Under the pieces are notes generated by a model. That model saw only the letters and a program-made list of their open reading frames with translations, was not told the origin of the DNA and did no database searches. Of a stretch of 64,000 nucleotides of DNA, positions 38,753 to 48,361 are shown in pieces (the first letter of the stretch is position 1; every line of letters starts with the position of its first letter). The DNA lies in contig JBGARZ010000018.1 of the NCBI GenBank assembly GCA_044229975.1, positions 96,001 through 160,000 on the forward strand, read 5' to 3'. The DNA comes from Polyangiales bacterium. GTDB taxonomy: Bacteria > Myxococcota_A > Polyangia > Polyangiales > Ga0077539. The position numbers and the translations under genes were made by a program.

Positions 38753-38770
38753 CGCACGCCGGACGGAAAT

Positions 38771-38926
38771 GGCCGCAAGGACGCAAGGGTCGCAAGGCGG
38801 ATGAGTTGTCACGGCGAGCAGCACCCAGATCGGGCGAGCGGCTGAGGAGAGCGATTTCACACGACGCGAGCGCTCGACTTCCTGCCCATCCCCTCTCTCC
38901 CTTGCGACCCTCGCGCCCTTGCGGCC
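38771..38926. repeat. REP/MITE-like element with 27-bp terminal inverted repeats
   Basis: GGCCGCAAGGACGCAAGGGTCGCAAGG ... CCTTGCGACCCTCGCGCCCTTGCGGCC (2 mismatches), between convergent genes. Confidence 0.8.
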
Positions 38927-38949
38927 CATCATCCGCTACCGCAGCACCA

Positions 38950-39330
38950 TCACAGCCGAAGCAGCATCACGGCCCGCGCGAACAGCAACCACCCCACCAG
39001 AAACCCGATGCCCCCGAGCGGCGTCACCATGCCGAGCTTCGTCACGCCCGTCAGCGCCATCACGTAGAGGCTCCCGCTGAACAACACGATGCCCACCAGC
39101 ATCGCCCAACCCGCCCCGTCGGCCGTCGCCTCGCGCTGTGACGCCAGCCACGCCACCGCCAGCAACCCCAGCGCGTGGAACATCTGGTACCGCGCCCCAG
39201 TCTCGAAGACCTCCAGCATCCGCGGCGTCACCCTCGCCCGCAGCCCGTGCGCCCCGAACGCGCCCGCCGCCACCGCCAGGAAGGCGTTGATCGCCCCCGC
39301 CATCGCCCACATCCGCGCGCTCTCGTTCAT
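38950..39330 (-). CDS. DUF423 (YgdD/TMEM256) membrane protein
   Basis: GAFGAHGL, YQMFHAL, LFSGSLY and TPLGG motifs. Confidence 0.93.
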   Translation of the reverse strand: MNESARMWAMAGAINAFLAVAAGAFGAHGLRARVTPRMLEVFETGARYQMFHALGLLAVAWLASQREATADGAGWAMLVGIVLFSGSLYVMALTGVTKLGMVTPLGGIGFLVGWLLFARAVMLLRL

Positions 39331-39342
39331 CGTGGAATCACC

Positions 39343-40599
39343 TCACTGGGGGCGTTGGTCGACGTGCTCCAACTGCGCCAACAACTGCACCGCCACGCGA
39401 TCACCCGGATACCCCCGCAACAGCACCTCCAGGTGATGCCGCGCCTCGTCCGTCGCCCCCGCGTCCTTGGTCAACACGGCAAGATTCAGCCGCGCCGCGT
39501 AGTTGCGCGGGTCGCTCCGTAGCGTTCGCAGGTACGCCTCGCGCGCCTCGTTGTAGCGCCCCTCGCGCTGCGCCACGACGCCCACGTTGTACGTCGCCCG
39601 CGCGTCGTCGGGACGCAGCGTCGCCGCCGCCCGCGCCGCAGTGCGCGCCGCCGCCACGTCGCCCGCCCGCAACGCCACGCTCGTCTCCAACAAGCGCCCG
39701 TCCAGGGTCGGGGCTCGACGAAGCGAGCGTCGCAGCGCGTCCATCGCCCCCGCAGCGTCGCCCTTCGCGTCCAGGGCCAAGGCCAACGCCAGCGTCGCCT
39801 GGGCGTCGTCGGGCGACAGCTCCACCGCGCGCCGCGCCGCGGCTTCAGCCTCCGCCGGAATCGGCTGCAAGCGCGTCAGCGCCGACGCCCGCAGCACCGC
39901 CGAGCGCGCGTCGTCGTCGTCGATCGCCAACGCCCGCTGCGCGTCCTGCGACGCACCGCCGAAATCCCGCGCGTCCATCCTTCGCTGCGCGCGCTCGGTC
40001 CAGCACGGGCGCGACCGCGGGCTCAGCCGCACGCAGCGATCGAGCGTCGCCGTCGCCTGCGCCACACCGCCCGCACCGCGCCCCACGATGCGCGACAGCA
40101 CCACCTGCGCCTCGGCGTGATCGGGACGGCTCGCCACCACCGAACGCCACATCGCTTCGGGGGTTCGCAGCCGTGCGAAGGAGAGCGCTCCCGTCACCGC
40201 CGCGAGCATGGCGAGGCCGAGGGTGGCGGCGTTCTTCCACGACGCGGGCGCGAGACGGCGCGCGGCCAGCAGCAGCGTCGCCCAGAGCAGCGGCCCGACC
40301 CACCGGACGCCGTACCCGAGCGGCAGCTCACCCGTCGGGAGACGCCACGCCGTGACGGCGGCCGCGAGCAGCGTGAGCGTCGCCAGGACGGCGAGCGGTG
40401 AGCGCAGGCGCGAGCGCTCCAGCGCGCGGAACGCGAGCACCACGAGCAGCGTGAGGCCCAGCCACCCGACGAGGAGCTGGGCCATCGCCGCGTCGCCGAC
40501 GGGGCGCGGAACGTCGAGCGGAGCCGCCCACGGGGCGAGCGACTCCAGCAGCAACACCAGCGTGCGCCAGGCGAGAAACCAGCTCTGCGAGGGGTTCAT
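39343..40599 (-). CDS. membrane-anchored TPR protein
   Basis: N-terminal TM segments followed by TPRs (YNVGVV...GRYNEA..AY...L...P). Confidence 0.8.
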   Translation of the reverse strand: MNPSQSWFLAWRTLVLLLESLAPWAAPLDVPRPVGDAAMAQLLVGWLGLTLLVVLAFRALERSRLRSPLAVLATLTLLAAAVTAWRLPTGELPLGYGVRWVGPLLWATLLLAARRLAPASWKNAATLGLAMLAAVTGALSFARLRTPEAMWRSVVASRPDHAEAQVVLSRIVGRGAGGVAQATATLDRCVRLSPRSRPCWTERAQRRMDARDFGGASQDAQRALAIDDDDARSAVLRASALTRLQPIPAEAEAAARRAVELSPDDAQATLALALALDAKGDAAGAMDALRRSLRRAPTLDGRLLETSVALRAGDVAAARTAARAAATLRPDDARATYNVGVVAQREGRYNEAREAYLRTLRSDPRNYAARLNLAVLTKDAGATDEARHHLEVLLRGYPGDRVAVQLLAQLEHVDQRPQ

Positions 40600-40647
40600 G
40601 GGAGGGGAGGAGCGGGCCCGATGGTGGGGCCCCGCGAGGCGGTTGTA

Positions 40648-41574
40648 TCAGCCCGCGTTCTTGAACACGGCCATCACGTCGGCGAGGAGCTTGAGCGCCT
40701 CGGGCCGCGGCCGCTGGAAGGCGTTGCGGCCCATGATGGATCCGAACCCGCCGCCCGCGGCGATCTCCTTCACCTCGGCCAGCACGGCGTCGGTGCCCTT
40801 CGCCTCGCCGCCGGAGAAGATCACGATGCGCTTGCCGTTGAAGGCCGACTGCACGACGTGGCGGATGCGCTCGGTGAGCGTCGCCGTCGGGATCGCGTAC
40901 TTCTCGTAGACCTTCTTGGCCTCGGCCTGCTCCAGGAAGTCCTTCGGCGGCTTCACCTTGATGATGTGCGCGCCGAGCTGCGCCGAGATCTGCGCGGCGT
41001 AGGCCACCACGTCGATGGCGGTCTCGCCGTCCTTGGAGACGCCCTCGCCGCGCGGGTACGCCCAGAGCACCGTCGCGAGGCCCTTGGCCTTGGCCTCGGC
41101 CGTGATCGATCGGAAGTCGTAATACTGGTCGTTACGCGCCGACGAGCCGGGGTAGATCGTGTACCCGACGGCCGAGCAGCCGAGGCGGATGGCGTCGTCG
41201 ACGCAGCCGGTGACGGCCGACTCCGGGGCGTGGCCCTTGGAGAGCGAGTCGCTGTTGTTGAGCTTGAGGATGAGCGGAAGCTCGCCCGCGTACTTGTCGG
41301 CGACGGCCTCGATGAAGCCGAGCGGGGCCGCGTAGGCGTTGCACCCGGCGTCGACGGCGAGCTGCGCGTGGTACTCGGGGTCGTAGCCGCCGGGGTTGGG
41401 GGCGAAGGACCGCGCCGGCCCGTGCTCGAAGCCCTGGTCGACGGGGAGGATGACGAGCCGCCCGGTGCCCGCGAGGGTGCCGTGGTTGAGCAGCCGCGCG
41501 AGGTTGGCGCGGGTGCCGGGGTTGTCACTGCCGTACCAGGAAAGGATCTGTCGAACGCGATCGGTGAGTGCCAT
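40648..41574 (-). CDS. fbaB: class I fructose-bisphosphate aldolase (DhnA type)
   Basis: ILPVDQGFEHGP, WAYPRG, IIKVK, FSGG and IMGRN motifs. Confidence 0.93.
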   Translation of the reverse strand: MALTDRVRQILSWYGSDNPGTRANLARLLNHGTLAGTGRLVILPVDQGFEHGPARSFAPNPGGYDPEYHAQLAVDAGCNAYAAPLGFIEAVADKYAGELPLILKLNNSDSLSKGHAPESAVTGCVDDAIRLGCSAVGYTIYPGSSARNDQYYDFRSITAEAKAKGLATVLWAYPRGEGVSKDGETAIDVVAYAAQISAQLGAHIIKVKPPKDFLEQAEAKKVYEKYAIPTATLTERIRHVVQSAFNGKRIVIFSGGEAKGTDAVLAEVKEIAAGGGFGSIMGRNAFQRPRPEALKLLADVMAVFKNAG

Positions 41575-41767
41575 GGTGGGCCTTCGTCTCCTGAGCGAAA
41601 CCGGTGGGTGGGTGATGTGGGCGGGACCGTACCCGAAGCGCCCGCGGGTGATCAATCCTGACGCACCGCCCCTACGGCCCGAACACCGCGGTTGCGGTGG
41701 CCCGCGGGTTGGAGCAAGAGTGGAGGAGACACACGGCGCCATGCGCCGGAGAGGAGTCGAGGCGTCG

Positions 41768-42442
41768 ATGACCTACCGAGATCCCCGTGAGGCGTTGCAG
41801 GCAGAAAACGATTGCCTGCGACAAGAGCTGAGAGAGACCCAGGAGGAGCTCGCTTCGGCGCGCAGCCTTCCTGCGGGTCAGGAGTACGAGCGTCGTCGGT
41901 GGGCCCTGGGCATGCGCTGCCTCGGCAGCCTCGCCATGGTCGCTCCCTTCCTCGCGATGATGACCCTGTGCGAGCACCGCGCGATGCGCCGTCCCGCCTG
42001 GCACTCGTCCATGGGCGTGGTGCCCGCGCAGCACGTCGCGGGTCGCGGCGGCTGCCCGATGGCGGGTCCCGCGTTGGGCTTCGAGCGTTTCACGCAGGCC
42101 GTCGAGCGGCCCGCGCGGATGACCGAGTCGACGGACGCGGCCCTCCCCGCCGGCACCGCGTGCATCGTCCGCATCGCGCCGGTGTCGATGTTGCAGTTCA
42201 ACTGCCACGTCTCGGTGATGTGCGACGGCAACGAGATCTACGGCACGATGCCCACGGGCTACGCACACTGCGACGTCAACCAGGGCCGCGTCGTCGGCGC
42301 GGTCGACCCCGATGCGACGCACCTCGACGGCGACCCGGCCATCGAGGCAAACCTCGATACGGGTCGCGTGGTCATCGCAGACGACAACCCCGCCAACTCG
42401 TCCCGCTTCGTGCTCGCCATCAGCCGGCCCGCCACGCGCTGA
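41768..42442 (+). CDS. hypothetical membrane-anchored protein
   Basis: AGGAG RBS. MTYRD coiled coil, one TM segment and a Cys-containing beta domain. Confidence 0.7.
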   Translation: MTYRDPREALQAENDCLRQELRETQEELASARSLPAGQEYERRRWALGMRCLGSLAMVAPFLAMMTLCEHRAMRRPAWHSSMGVVPAQHVAGRGGCPMAGPALGFERFTQAVERPARMTESTDAALPAGTACIVRIAPVSMLQFNCHVSVMCDGNEIYGTMPTGYAHCDVNQGRVVGAVDPDATHLDGDPAIEANLDTGRVVIADDNPANSSRFVLAISRPATR

Positions 42443-42497
42443 CGCTCCCCCCAGGTTGACGCCCTCGCGGCGCTCGCGATAGTCGGGTTGACCACCG

Positions 42498-43958
42498 ATG
42501 CCCAGGATCGCGACGACCCTCGAAGACGCGGCTGACCTGTTCGATCAGATGCAGGACCAGGGCGTCACCTCCGGGGACGTCGCGGACTTCTACGTCGAAC
42601 CGCCCGGCGCGCGACCCGACCCCAACCTCCCTCCCAACGCGCCGGTCCGGGAGAAGATCACCCGTCACCTCATCCGTCGGCGCAAGCACGCCGAGAAGGT
42701 CTTCGTCACCGGCCAGAAGGGCGCCGGCAAGACCATGACCCTCGCGCGCATCGTCCGCGACGCGGCCATCACCGAGCACTTCGTCCCGCTCGTGGTGCGC
42801 GCGACGCGGCACATCCCCGCGGGCTCGGCCGACATCCGGCTGCTGCTGGTGATGGTCATCGCGCAGCTGAGCCAGTTCATCGGCGAGCGCGCGCTCGATC
42901 AGCGGGTCGACCTCGGGGGCCTCAAGGTCGGCGGCATCAGCAAGGTGCTGAGCGGGTGGACGAAGCTCTTCGGCGACATCGGCGCCCCGACCGCCCCGGA
43001 GACCTTCCAGAACGCCCGCACCCGCCTCAACGCGCAGTTTCTGGAGCTGAGCGAGGAGATCGTGCGCGACCCGCAGCGCCGCGCCCAGGTGCTCGCCGAC
43101 GCGCGCTACAGCGTCACCGAGCTGCACCGCGTGGCGTCGGCGCTCATCGAGTTCGCGCAGCAGGCGCTGGAGCTGCGGGTCGAGGGCCCGCAGTACCTGC
43201 TGCTGGTGATCGACGACCTCGACAAGTACGCGGTGCCCGCCGAGGTGAAGTCCATCTTCCACGACGGCATGGAGGCGCTGCGCTCGCTCCCCTGCCCCGC
43301 GGTGCTCACGTACCCGTACTTCCTCAACTTCACCGACTCGTTCGTGCAGCGGGAGGGCGAGGCGTCGGCCATCCTCAACGTGAAGGTGGCCGAGCGCGTG
43401 GGCCAGTCGCGGGCGCTGCTCCCGCTCGACCGTCGCCCGTTGCTGGAGCCCGCGCGGGCCTTCTTCAACGGCGTGTACGACAAGCTGGCCGATCGCTCGC
43501 TCGTGCTCGATCAGGCGGTCATCGACCGCGCCGCGCTGCTCTCGGCGGGCATCCCGCGAGAGTTTCTCCGGTTGCTCTCGGCGGGCTTCGAGCTGTGCCT
43601 CGACCACGGCAAACAGCGCCTCGACCTGCCGACGCTCAACGTCGCGCGCATCGGGCTGCAACAGACCATGGGGCGCACCGCCAACGAGCCGTGGCGACAG
43701 GCGGGCCTGAAGCTGGTGCAATCACGCGGCGACATCGAGGGCTTCAGCGAGATGCTCGATACCGTGCACGTCGTCGAGTACGTGAACAGCGCCGTCTGGT
43801 ACGGCGTTCACCCGGCGATGGAAGAGCTCGTCGAGACGTGGATTCGCCAGGACCGCAGCCTGCTGATCGAGAAGGGCGTGGACGCGTCCGTGGTCGACCG
43901 CGAGCTCGAAGAGATCTGGCGCAAGGCGGCGTCCCGGCGCGCGCGGTCCGCCGACTGA
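42498..43958 (+). CDS. P-loop ATPase (STAND/KAP-like)
   Basis: Walker A GQKGAGKT, Walker B LLLVIDDLDK, SAGIPRE (GxP-like), and C-terminal EY.N...WYGVHP. Confidence 0.88.
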   Translation: MPRIATTLEDAADLFDQMQDQGVTSGDVADFYVEPPGARPDPNLPPNAPVREKITRHLIRRRKHAEKVFVTGQKGAGKTMTLARIVRDAAITEHFVPLVVRATRHIPAGSADIRLLLVMVIAQLSQFIGERALDQRVDLGGLKVGGISKVLSGWTKLFGDIGAPTAPETFQNARTRLNAQFLELSEEIVRDPQRRAQVLADARYSVTELHRVASALIEFAQQALELRVEGPQYLLLVIDDLDKYAVPAEVKSIFHDGMEALRSLPCPAVLTYPYFLNFTDSFVQREGEASAILNVKVAERVGQSRALLPLDRRPLLEPARAFFNGVYDKLADRSLVLDQAVIDRAALLSAGIPREFLRLLSAGFELCLDHGKQRLDLPTLNVARIGLQQTMGRTANEPWRQAGLKLVQSRGDIEGFSEMLDTVHVVEYVNSAVWYGVHPAMEELVETWIRQDRSLLIEKGVDASVVDRELEEIWRKAASRRARSAD

Positions 43959-45736
43959 TGATGGACGACGGGGCGCTCGCGTTTCCGCACGAGCGCGAGG
44001 TGGCCAGGCTCGCGCGACGCTTTCGGGCGGGACGTCGCCGGGGCTTCGTGGTGTGCGTGGGCGCCAGCGAGACGCTCCGCCAGCGGGTCGAGGCGGCGCT
44101 CACCGAGCGGCTCGACGCACCCATCGCGACGACCGCGATACGCAAGGGGACGGACGACCCGTGGGGCGCGCTGCTCGGGGCGCGATCGGGCGACGCGCAG
44201 GTGGTGTCGGCGCGGCTCGACGCGGACGTCGAAGAGCGGGTGTTGCGCGCGCTGGATGTGCGGCGCGAGCTGCTGCAGGGCGAAGGGCTCTCGCTCCTCT
44301 TGTGGACGTCGCTCGGGGCGATGGAGCGGGTCGCGAGCCTCGCGCCCAACCTCTGGAGCTATCGGAGCGACGTGGTGTGGTTTCTCTCGCACGCCGACAT
44401 CGCGACGAGCATCGGCGCGGCGGCCGACGAGGCCCCGCTGGGAACACCGATCGAGGAGCAGCTCCAGCGCATCGAGGAGGAGCTCACCTGGAAGCGCGGG
44501 CAGCGCACCCGGCTCCTCAACGACAAGGCGTGGCTGCTGAGTCGGTTCGGGCGCCACGAAGAGGCGATGGCGGTGCTCGACCTGGCGAAGCCGTCGTCGA
44601 AGGCCGGGATTCCGGGCGAAGAGCAGTGGCGGACGACGATGCTCACGGTGCTCCAGCGGCAGGGGCGCATCGACGACGCGCGCGCCTTCGTGAAGGAAGG
44701 AAGGCGCGCCAACGCCCCGAAGGAGCGGGTGCTGGAGCGGGTGGACATCGCGCTCTTCTCCACCGAGTGGCGCGCGGCGTTTTCCGGCCTCGAACAGACC
44801 CTCGGCAACGCCTTCCGCTGGGAGGTCCACCTCACCGAGAACCTCCTCGGGCCGACCTGCGTCCGTGCCGCGCAGGCGCTGCTCGACCTCGGGCAACTGG
44901 CCGCGGCCGAACGCTGGTTGCAGGAAGCCACGAAGACCATCCGGCGCCGGGCCACCGAGTGGTGGCCGATCGTCGCGGCCCAGGTCGAAGATCAGCGGGC
45001 CGACATCGCATGGGAGCGCCTCGATACCGTCGCGGCGTTCCAGCACCACCAGCGCGCGCTGCGCCTTGGCGAGCGCTCCGGCGCGCTCGACGTGCAGGTC
45101 GACGTGCTGGAGAAGGTCGCGCGGCGCTACGCCGAGCTCGGCCTCTCGCAAGACACCCAGGTGTTTCGTGACCGCGCGACGGAGACGAGCGCGCGCCTGC
45201 ACGCCGACCCGACGCCCGCTGCGGCAACCGACCAGCTCCCCGAGCGTCCCGTCGACACGGCCTTCGCTCGCCTGGAGCGCGCCGTCCACGACGCCGAGAC
45301 TCTCCCTGCCGCCGACGTGATGCCCGCGCTCGACGCCTGCGCCGCCGCCTGGGCCGACGAAGACCCGCGCTACCGCTCGTGGCCGCTCTTCGACCGTTGG
45401 CAGCAGGCGCTCGCCCGTCACCTCGTCGCGCGCGGCGACGACGAGCGCGCCGTCGCCACCCTCCGCGACGCCGCCGAGGCGCTCGTCGATCTGCCGCGCA
45501 CCCGCCTCGGGACGCTGCTCGCGCTGGCGACGCTCACGACGGGCGCGGCCTACGCCGACGCGCGTGAAGCCGCCGCGCAGGAGGTGCTCTCCCGCGCTCT
45601 CGTCGCCGGCGCACTCGCGCTCGAACGTGACGCCCGCGTCGCCCTCGGGCCCATCGCTCGCGAGCGCGGTGACGTCGCCGAAGCCGACTTCCACGAGGCC
45701 GAGGCCGCTCGCATCACCGCCGCGCTCGCGCCCTGA
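43958..45736 (+). CDS. inactive-NTPase-like N-terminal domain + TPR/helical repeat protein
   Basis: TGATG coupling to the ATPase. LDVRRE...LLLW...APNLWSYRS motif, then TPR-like helices. Confidence 0.75.
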   Translation: MMDDGALAFPHEREVARLARRFRAGRRRGFVVCVGASETLRQRVEAALTERLDAPIATTAIRKGTDDPWGALLGARSGDAQVVSARLDADVEERVLRALDVRRELLQGEGLSLLLWTSLGAMERVASLAPNLWSYRSDVVWFLSHADIATSIGAAADEAPLGTPIEEQLQRIEEELTWKRGQRTRLLNDKAWLLSRFGRHEEAMAVLDLAKPSSKAGIPGEEQWRTTMLTVLQRQGRIDDARAFVKEGRRANAPKERVLERVDIALFSTEWRAAFSGLEQTLGNAFRWEVHLTENLLGPTCVRAAQALLDLGQLAAAERWLQEATKTIRRRATEWWPIVAAQVEDQRADIAWERLDTVAAFQHHQRALRLGERSGALDVQVDVLEKVARRYAELGLSQDTQVFRDRATETSARLHADPTPAAATDQLPERPVDTAFARLERAVHDAETLPAADVMPALDACAAAWADEDPRYRSWPLFDRWQQALARHLVARGDDERAVATLRDAAEALVDLPRTRLGTLLALATLTTGAAYADAREAAAQEVLSRALVAGALALERDARVALGPIARERGDVAEADFHEAEAARITAALAP

Positions 45737-45750
45737 TCGACGCCGCGCCG

Positions 45751-47061
45751 CTACTCCGCCATCGCCGCGGCGATCTCCTCCGAGAGCCGCTGCCGACGGG
45801 CCACCAGCGCCGCCGCCACGTCGGCCCGCTGCCACCGCAGCCACGCCATCCGCAGCGCCTCCATCGACGCGCCCCAACGCTCCTCCCACCGCAGCGCCGC
45901 GTAGCCGCCCGCCGGTCCCAGCACGGCCACGGCCAACACCGCGAGCCACCCGAAGTGCGCCCCCAGCACCGCCGCCGCGATGATCCACCCGATCGGGACG
46001 AAGAGCATCCCGCCGAGCATCTTGAAGGTGCCGAGCACGTCCTCGGCGCCCGCGACGCGGCCCGCGACCTCGCCCGCCAGCCGATACATCGGCCAGCCCA
46101 GCGCCACACCCGCGACCGCCAGTGGTGCCAGCACCAACAAGCGCGTGGTCGCCCGTAACACGGCCACCCAGGTCACCCGCTCGACCTCCAGCGCCCACGG
46201 GTCGCGCACCCCCATCGCCTCCACGGCCGCGAGGTACGACCGACCGGACTCCACCAGCGCGTCGGCCTTCGCCGCGTCGCGCTCCTTCAACAGACGCCAC
46301 GCCGCCAGCAGCTCGCCCGCCCGCCGCCGCGAGGCCGCGAGGTCGTCCCGCGCGTCGGGGTCGTGCACCGTCCAGCGCGCCACGCGGGCGATGCCCTCGA
46401 TGAGTTCGCCCGCGTCGGCCTGCAACACCACCGTGTCCATCGCCGCGCGGATGTCGTCGGTGAGCGCGTCGACGGTCGCCCGCTCGTCGGCGTCATACCG
46501 GGCCATGTACTCGCGCGCCGAGAGGGCCGCGCCCACGGTGAGCACCGCCCGCGAGCGAAACACCGCCTTCGCTTCGTAGAAGAGCCCCACCGGAACGATG
46601 CGCAGACCGTTGTCGTTCTCCTTCTCCGACGAGAGGGCGATGCGCGCCGCGCCCGTCTTGAAGGGCTTCATGATGGGGTCGGAGTGGGAGGTTCCTTCGG
46701 GGAAGAGGGCCATCCATTCGCCGCGTCCGAGGGCCGCGCGGCAGAGCGCGAAGGTCTCCTCGTTGCGGCTGGTGTCCCCTCCGCCGCTCCCTACGTCGCG
46801 GTGGCGAAACACGGGGATGCCGCCGAAGGCTTCCATGGTGATGCGACCGATGGGATTGCCGAAGAGGGTGCTCTTGCCGAGGAAGCGCACCGGCCGGTCG
46901 AGCCCCAGTCGAAGGAGCATCGGGTCCAGCAGGCCGTTGGGGTGGTTGAGCACGAAGAGGCAGGGTTCGTCCCACAGGACACGCTCACGGCCCTCCACCG
47001 CGATGACCGGGTAGTAGAGCCGGACGAGGCTTTCGAGGACGGCGCGGATGACGCGCTTCAC
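45751..47061 (-). CDS. PlsC-family lysophospholipid/glycerol-phosphate acyltransferase
   Basis: NHPNGLLD, FPEGTS and FKTGAAR motifs, plus C-terminal TM segments. GTG overlaps the MFS stop. Confidence 0.9.
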   Translation of the reverse strand: MKRVIRAVLESLVRLYYPVIAVEGRERVLWDEPCLFVLNHPNGLLDPMLLRLGLDRPVRFLGKSTLFGNPIGRITMEAFGGIPVFRHRDVGSGGGDTSRNEETFALCRAALGRGEWMALFPEGTSHSDPIMKPFKTGAARIALSSEKENDNGLRIVPVGLFYEAKAVFRSRAVLTVGAALSAREYMARYDADERATVDALTDDIRAAMDTVVLQADAGELIEGIARVARWTVHDPDARDDLAASRRRAGELLAAWRLLKERDAAKADALVESGRSYLAAVEAMGVRDPWALEVERVTWVAVLRATTRLLVLAPLAVAGVALGWPMYRLAGEVAGRVAGAEDVLGTFKMLGGMLFVPIGWIIAAAVLGAHFGWLAVLAVAVLGPAGGYAALRWEERWGASMEALRMAWLRWQRADVAAALVARRQRLSEEIAAAMAE

Positions 47062-48296
47062 GACGCGACCTCGGACGACGGAAGCCGACGGGAGCCGACG
47101 ACCCAGACGATGCCTCCGAGGGCGAAGGCCAGGGGCACGAGCATCACGGCGGACTGGAGCGAGCTGCCGTCGCTGACGCGCCCGATGATGTACGGCGAGA
47201 TGGCGTCGCCGAGGACGTGCATCGCGAGGATGGACACCGCGAAGCCCATGGCGCGCATGGTGGACGGCACGCAGTCGACGAGCACCGTGTTGGCGGGCCC
47301 CGTGCACAGGAACACCAACGTCTCGGCCACGAAGACCGCGACCCAGCGCTGCGTCGGGTCGACGAGCACGAAGGACATCACCGCGAAGGGCACCGCGAGC
47401 GCGGTGGAGACGCCCGAGATGAGCAGGTAGTGGTGACGCACGCGGCCGCGGAGGACGTCGCCGAGCCAGCCGCCGACGCCCGTTCCGAGGAGGCCGGAGA
47501 GCACGGTGATGGCGCCGAAGACGGTGTTGGCGGACGAGCCGTCCATGTGGCGCACGCGGATGAGGTAGGTGGGCATCCACTGCGCGAGCCCGCCGAGGGC
47601 GAAGGTGTAGGCGACGCTCCCGACGACGGTGACGACGTACTCGCGGTTGCGGGCGAGCGCGCGGAGCGTGTCGGCGACGGGGAGCTGGGGAGCAGGCGGG
47701 CCATCGAACTGACCGCGTCGAGGTTCTTTGATGGAGAGCGCCGCGGCGGCGAGGAGGAGCCCGGGGAGGCCGACGGCCATGAACGCCGCGCGCCACCCGG
47801 CGGCGTGGTCGATGCGGCCGCCGAGGATGTACCCGAGGGCGCTGCCGACGGGGATGGCCAGGTAGAACACCGCCATGGCGCGACCGCGCTTCTCCGGCGG
47901 GAAGTAGTCGCCGATGAGGGTGGGCGCGATGGTGGCGTAGGCGGCCTCGCCGATGCCGACAGCGGCGCGCGCGGCGACGAGGCCCGCGAAGGTGGTGGCG
48001 TAGGCCGCGGCGGCGGTGGCGATGGACCAGAGCGCGACGCCGAAGCCGAGGAGGTGCGGGCGCGAGCGGGTGTCGCCGAGGCGCCCGAAGACCGGCGACG
48101 CGAGCATGTAGACCCAGATGAACGCCGTGAGCGCGGTGCCCTGCTGCGCGTCGGTCATCGGGATGTCGCGGCGCACCGACGTAACGATCGCCGGGAGAAC
48201 GAAGCGGTCGATGTAGTTGAGGAGGTTCATGCCCCCCAACAGCACCATGGCCCACGCGGTGGCCGCCCGGGAGACCGCGCTCGTCGTTTCGCCCAT
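47058..48296 (-). CDS. Spinster-like MFS transporter
   Basis: NLLNYIDR, FGRLGD..SR, GIGEAAY...AP..I.D.FP...R and GD..SP motifs. Confidence 0.92.
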   Translation of the reverse strand: MGETTSAVSRAATAWAMVLLGGMNLLNYIDRFVLPAIVTSVRRDIPMTDAQQGTALTAFIWVYMLASPVFGRLGDTRSRPHLLGFGVALWSIATAAAAYATTFAGLVAARAAVGIGEAAYATIAPTLIGDYFPPEKRGRAMAVFYLAIPVGSALGYILGGRIDHAAGWRAAFMAVGLPGLLLAAAALSIKEPRRGQFDGPPAPQLPVADTLRALARNREYVVTVVGSVAYTFALGGLAQWMPTYLIRVRHMDGSSANTVFGAITVLSGLLGTGVGGWLGDVLRGRVRHHYLLISGVSTALAVPFAVMSFVLVDPTQRWVAVFVAETLVFLCTGPANTVLVDCVPSTMRAMGFAVSILAMHVLGDAISPYIIGRVSDGSSLQSAVMLVPLAFALGGIVWVVGSRRLPSSEVAS

Positions 48297-48361
48297 CAGC
48301 GTGGACGGTACCGCAAGCGACGATGGTACGGTGCAGCCCCGACAGGAGGTCATCGACTCGC

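Noticed and set aside
42956..43957. N-terminal extension of the TPR ORF to 926 aa
   Set aside because: Arg/Pro-rich off-frame reading of the ATPase. The ATG at 43958 overlaps the ATPase stop.
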